Shown: positions 60,928 through 64,000 of the stretch, one piece after another
Layout: each line of letters starts with the position of its first letter
How positions within the stretch are numbered: position 1 is the first letter of the stretch
Source of the DNA: Mustelus asterias
Taxonomy: Eukaryota
Length of the DNA stretch: 64,000 nucleotides
Reading direction: 5' to 3'
Assembly: GCF_964213995.1 (NCBI RefSeq)
Contig: NC_135806.1
Location: 104,718,001-104,782,000, forward strand
Made by a program: the position numbers and the translations under genes
Notes under the pieces: generated by a model
Told to the model about the DNA's origin: nothing
The model's database searches: none
Seen by the model: only the letters and a program-made list of their open reading frames with translations

Positions 60928-61347
60928 TGTGGTGAACCATCGTTGGTTCACCACTGGGGTTGTTATTGTGTTACTGTTGGGCTAGGGTGTTGTTGTTATG
61001 GGGGTTGTACTATGTTGTTGGGTTAGGGTGTTTACCTGTCCCAAGTGTTATCATGGCACACTCCAGTGGGGTCCCGCCTCCGGTGGCAGGGTATAAGACC
61101 CCCTGCTCCGGCAGGACCCCTTCAGTCTGAACGGGTGAATTTGTGTTAGTAGTTTCATTGTTAATGTATTAAATTTAATACATTAACTGAGAATATGGAA
61201 CAGATCCTAAAACCGGATCGTCTGACACTGGACTCACGTGCGGTCGGTGCAGCTAACACGTTCGAACATTGGTGGAAGTGCTTCGAGGACTACCTGGCAG
61301 CCTTCAGTTCTAAAGCCTTGTTTCCGGGTGCTCATTGAGGTGCATCA
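60928..61347 (+). mobile_element. 420-bp collapsed Gypsy element (LTR ends + gag start)
   Basis: TG...CA ends, 5-bp TSD atctg, TATA-like gggtataag, MEQILKPDRLTLDSRAVGAANTFEHWWKCFEDYLAA. Confidence 0.75.
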
Positions 61348-61526
61348 ATCTGCAAGTGTAGTTACTCCCTGCTAACCTTACGAAATCGCTAAAAGATTTC
61401 TGGCACTGTATTTGAAACGGTGTTGACTGCCTGAGTCACCTCCCTTGATGCTTCCTGACCCATTATTTTATCAAAACCTTGGTCATTTTGGCCAGCCCCC
61501 ATTGCTACTCTTTAATCCTCTTGTGA

Positions 61527-61688
61527 TCTCTTTCTCTCTCACTCACTCTCTTTTTATCTCTCTTTCTCCCTCTCTCTCTCCCCCCACCCCCCCTCTCTTT
61601 CTCTTTCTCACACACACTTTCTTTCTCTTGCTCACACACACTCTCTCTCTCCCACTCTCTCTCTCTCTTTCTCTTTTTCTCTCTCTCC
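61527..61688. repeat. Degenerate (TC)n/(CA)n microsatellite
   Basis: Directly visible. Confidence 0.85.
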
Positions 61689-62559
61689 AGGCCTATAACT
61701 TTTGACAGCCTATTAATTGCTGCATCTAAACTCTATTTCCTGTTATCCCAGCAATGAAGAAACAGCCACGAGGGACATTCCAGCTTTAAAGTCATCGGTA
61801 ATATTAAAATAGACCACCTGACCCCATCCCCATGCAGCCTGAACTGCCAATTGAATCAAATGAGTGGATAGATGTCCTATCTAATAGACATAGAAAAATC
61901 AAGAACAATGTCTGCAACTCCTTAACTGTGATGAAACTGCAATGTAATGCTTGGATTTAGACGAACACTAAACTTAATGACTGTAACTGATGTTATTTGG
62001 AAACCTTCACAAAGTTGTTTCCAACATTGAAACAAAAGTTGGAAGCTTGCATACTTGTTCCCAATGGATGACCATGTTAACCAATGTAACATGCCAGTTT
62101 CTGGGAGTTTTCTTGCCATTAGAAATGTTTCTAATAGGCAAGACTTTGCCTCTATTGTTGCAAACTTGGTCAAAGGTTACAAATTAGCTTAGTAAGGTTT
62201 ATAATCTGTCCTGTATCCAAATTTAAAATCTTTCATTCCCAGAGTGGATTAAACCCTGAATGTTCTAGATAACAACTGTTGAAAGGCAATGGTCACATGT
62301 GAAAAAGAAAATGAATAATCCATTAATACTACTTCATCTGTTGAAATTCTTAACTTCAATGTTTCATCTGAGCTCAAGTCGATCTCCCACATCAACTTTA
62401 TTGTTCTAGCCCCCTCCAGGAATTTGTGCCAGACACTTTTTTTCTCCTCAACATTTCTTAATTCTTTATGATCTCAAATCTCTCCAATACTCTTCTCTTT
62501 TCTGCAGTTTTTTTATCATCTTACTCTCATGCTCCTGATCAAGAGACTAGAAGACATAT

Positions 62560-63250
62560 CACTGATCATAGCATATAAGTCAACCCAGCGGATAAGACGA
62601 GCCTATCCTCTCAGTACCAACATTCATGTTTAGGCCTAGAGTCGGTACATTGCTTGACCCTTTCTTCTGCTAAGAAATTGCTTTAGGAGTTGGCCTCAAA
62701 TTTTCACCTCAGAAATACATGTTTTCCTCACCTTATATGTCAACACAAGGGATCCAGCAGGCCGTGTTGTCAAGAAGATGTTCAGGAGTTTGAGACACAC
62801 CCACACATAGCAGACTGTGCACAGTGAGTAACAACCAGAAATGGGTCCTCCGGCAGAAGAATGGAAGTATGAGCTGGTTTCAAGCTTTAAGTCATACCAT
62901 TTGTTAACTCATCAAGCAACTGTGCTGAAGTGAGGCAATTTGGTATGAGTGAAAATTTGGTGTGAGAATGGAAGAAGGAATCCGCCCTGAAGAAGATGCC
63001 CAAGGCCAAATGCATCAGAAAAACAAGGACCAGCTACTGGCCTGATTTTAAACAGCATGTATTGGAATGGATCCTCAAAAATTGTCAGAATGATTATATC
63101 ATCACCAGAACTGCAATGTGTCCATGCGCACTTAAGTGGGCCATTCAGACACTGAGTCCAGCAAAGATTTCAGCACAACAGCTAGCTGGCGTACCCACTT
63201 TAATGAATGAAAACAGCTAGTGTTACAACAGCAGACAAAGATTGCTCAGA
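62560..63250 (+). mobile_element. pogo/Tigger (POGK-like) transposase N-terminal remnant
   Basis: RQFGMSENLV*EWKK..LKKMPKAKC...WPDFKQHVLEWI...YIITR...DFSTTASW...QQTKIAQ (Brinker-like DBD + CENP-B HTH); upstream ataagtcaaccc/ataagacgagcc repeats. Confidence 0.75.
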
Positions 63251-63453
63251 GATTCAAAATTGGCTGAATAATAGGAAGCAGAGAGCATTGGTTCATAGAT
63301 ATTTTTTAGGCTGGAGGAAGGTTTGTAGTGGTGTTTCCCAGAGGTTGGTATAGGGACCCTTGCTTTTCCTGATATATATTAATGATCTAGATCTCGGTGT
63401 TTCAAAATTTGAGGTATTGTAAACTGTGTGGAGGACAATGTAGAACTTCAAAG
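63251..63453 (+). mobile_element. Old CR1 RT fragment
   Basis: aattggctgaataataggaagcagagag...gtggtgtttcccag...atattaatgatctaga. Confidence 0.7.
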
Positions 63454-64000
63454 GTGTGGAGATGCCGGCGTTGGACTGGGGTAAGCACAGTAAGAAGTCT
63501 CACAACACCAGGTTAAAGTCCAACAGGTTTATTTGGTAGCAAATACCATAAGCTTTCGGAGCAATGCTCCTTCGTCAGATGGAGTGGTCTCTGTTCTCAA
63601 ACAGGGCACAGACACAGAAATCAAATTACAGAATACTGATTAGAATGCAAATCTCTACAGCCAGCCAGGTCTTAAATGCACAGACAATGTGGGTGGAGGG
63701 AGCATTCAACACAGGTTAAAGAGATGTGTATTGTCTCCAGACAGTACAGCTTGTGAAATTGTGCAAGTCCAGGAGTCAAGCTGTGGGGGTTACTGATAAT
63801 GTGACATAAATCCAACATCCCGGTTTAGACCGTCCTCATGTGTGCGAAACTTGGCTATCAGTTTCTGTTTCGCACACATGAGGACGGTCTAAACCGGGAT
63901 GTTGGATTTATGTCACATTATCAGTAACCCCCACAGCTTGACTCCTGGACTTGCACAATTTCACAAGCTGTACTGTCTGGAGACAATACACATCTCTTTA
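63454..64000 (-). mobile_element. Young Penelope-like element 3' part with fold-back (runs off window)
   Basis: KLIAKFRTHEDGLNRDVGFMSHYQ*; pLTR; perfect inverted arms. Confidence 0.9.
63546..63582 (-). ncRNA. Minimal type I hammerhead ribozyme motif, intact
   Basis: CCAU CUGACGA A GGAGC AUU GCUCC GAAA GC UU AUGG: helices I and II fully paired, palindromic AGCU at helix III. Confidence 0.75.

Noticed and set aside
61445-61705. Hydrophobic Leu/Ser-rich ORF resembling a membrane peptide
   Set aside because: It is the translation of a (TC)n microsatellite

Overview
This is repeat-dominated eukaryotic DNA, most likely an intron or intergenic stretch of a shark (elasmobranch) genome. That assignment is inferred from HE1-type V-SINEs and their HER1/CR1 partner LINEs. 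No host protein-coding gene could be identified, and nearly all recognisable coding sequence is transposon-derived. The window holds many CR1 LINE pieces (one uninterrupted EN+RT ORF2 at 15372-18128, one ORF1 esterase), Rex1/Babar 3' ends, three SINE classes (V-SINE, a tRNA-SINE with an L2/CR1-type tail, a DeuSINE relic), and Gypsy LTR remnants and solo LTRs. It also holds a pogo/POGK-like fragment, one decayed two-gene PIF/Harbinger transposon with many Myb/SANT-only and MITE derivatives, and six Penelope-like fragments. The most notable observations are: about 10 minimal hammerhead ribozyme motifs in the Penelope repeats, including a helix-I covariant and a compensatory U3-A8 core variant; a CR1 family with long and short 3'UTR forms; V-SINEs with two alternative LINE tails; and a 1.28-kb Harbinger-type element with an internal repeat array. 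All calls come from reading the sequence by eye, and boundaries of decayed repeats are approximate.
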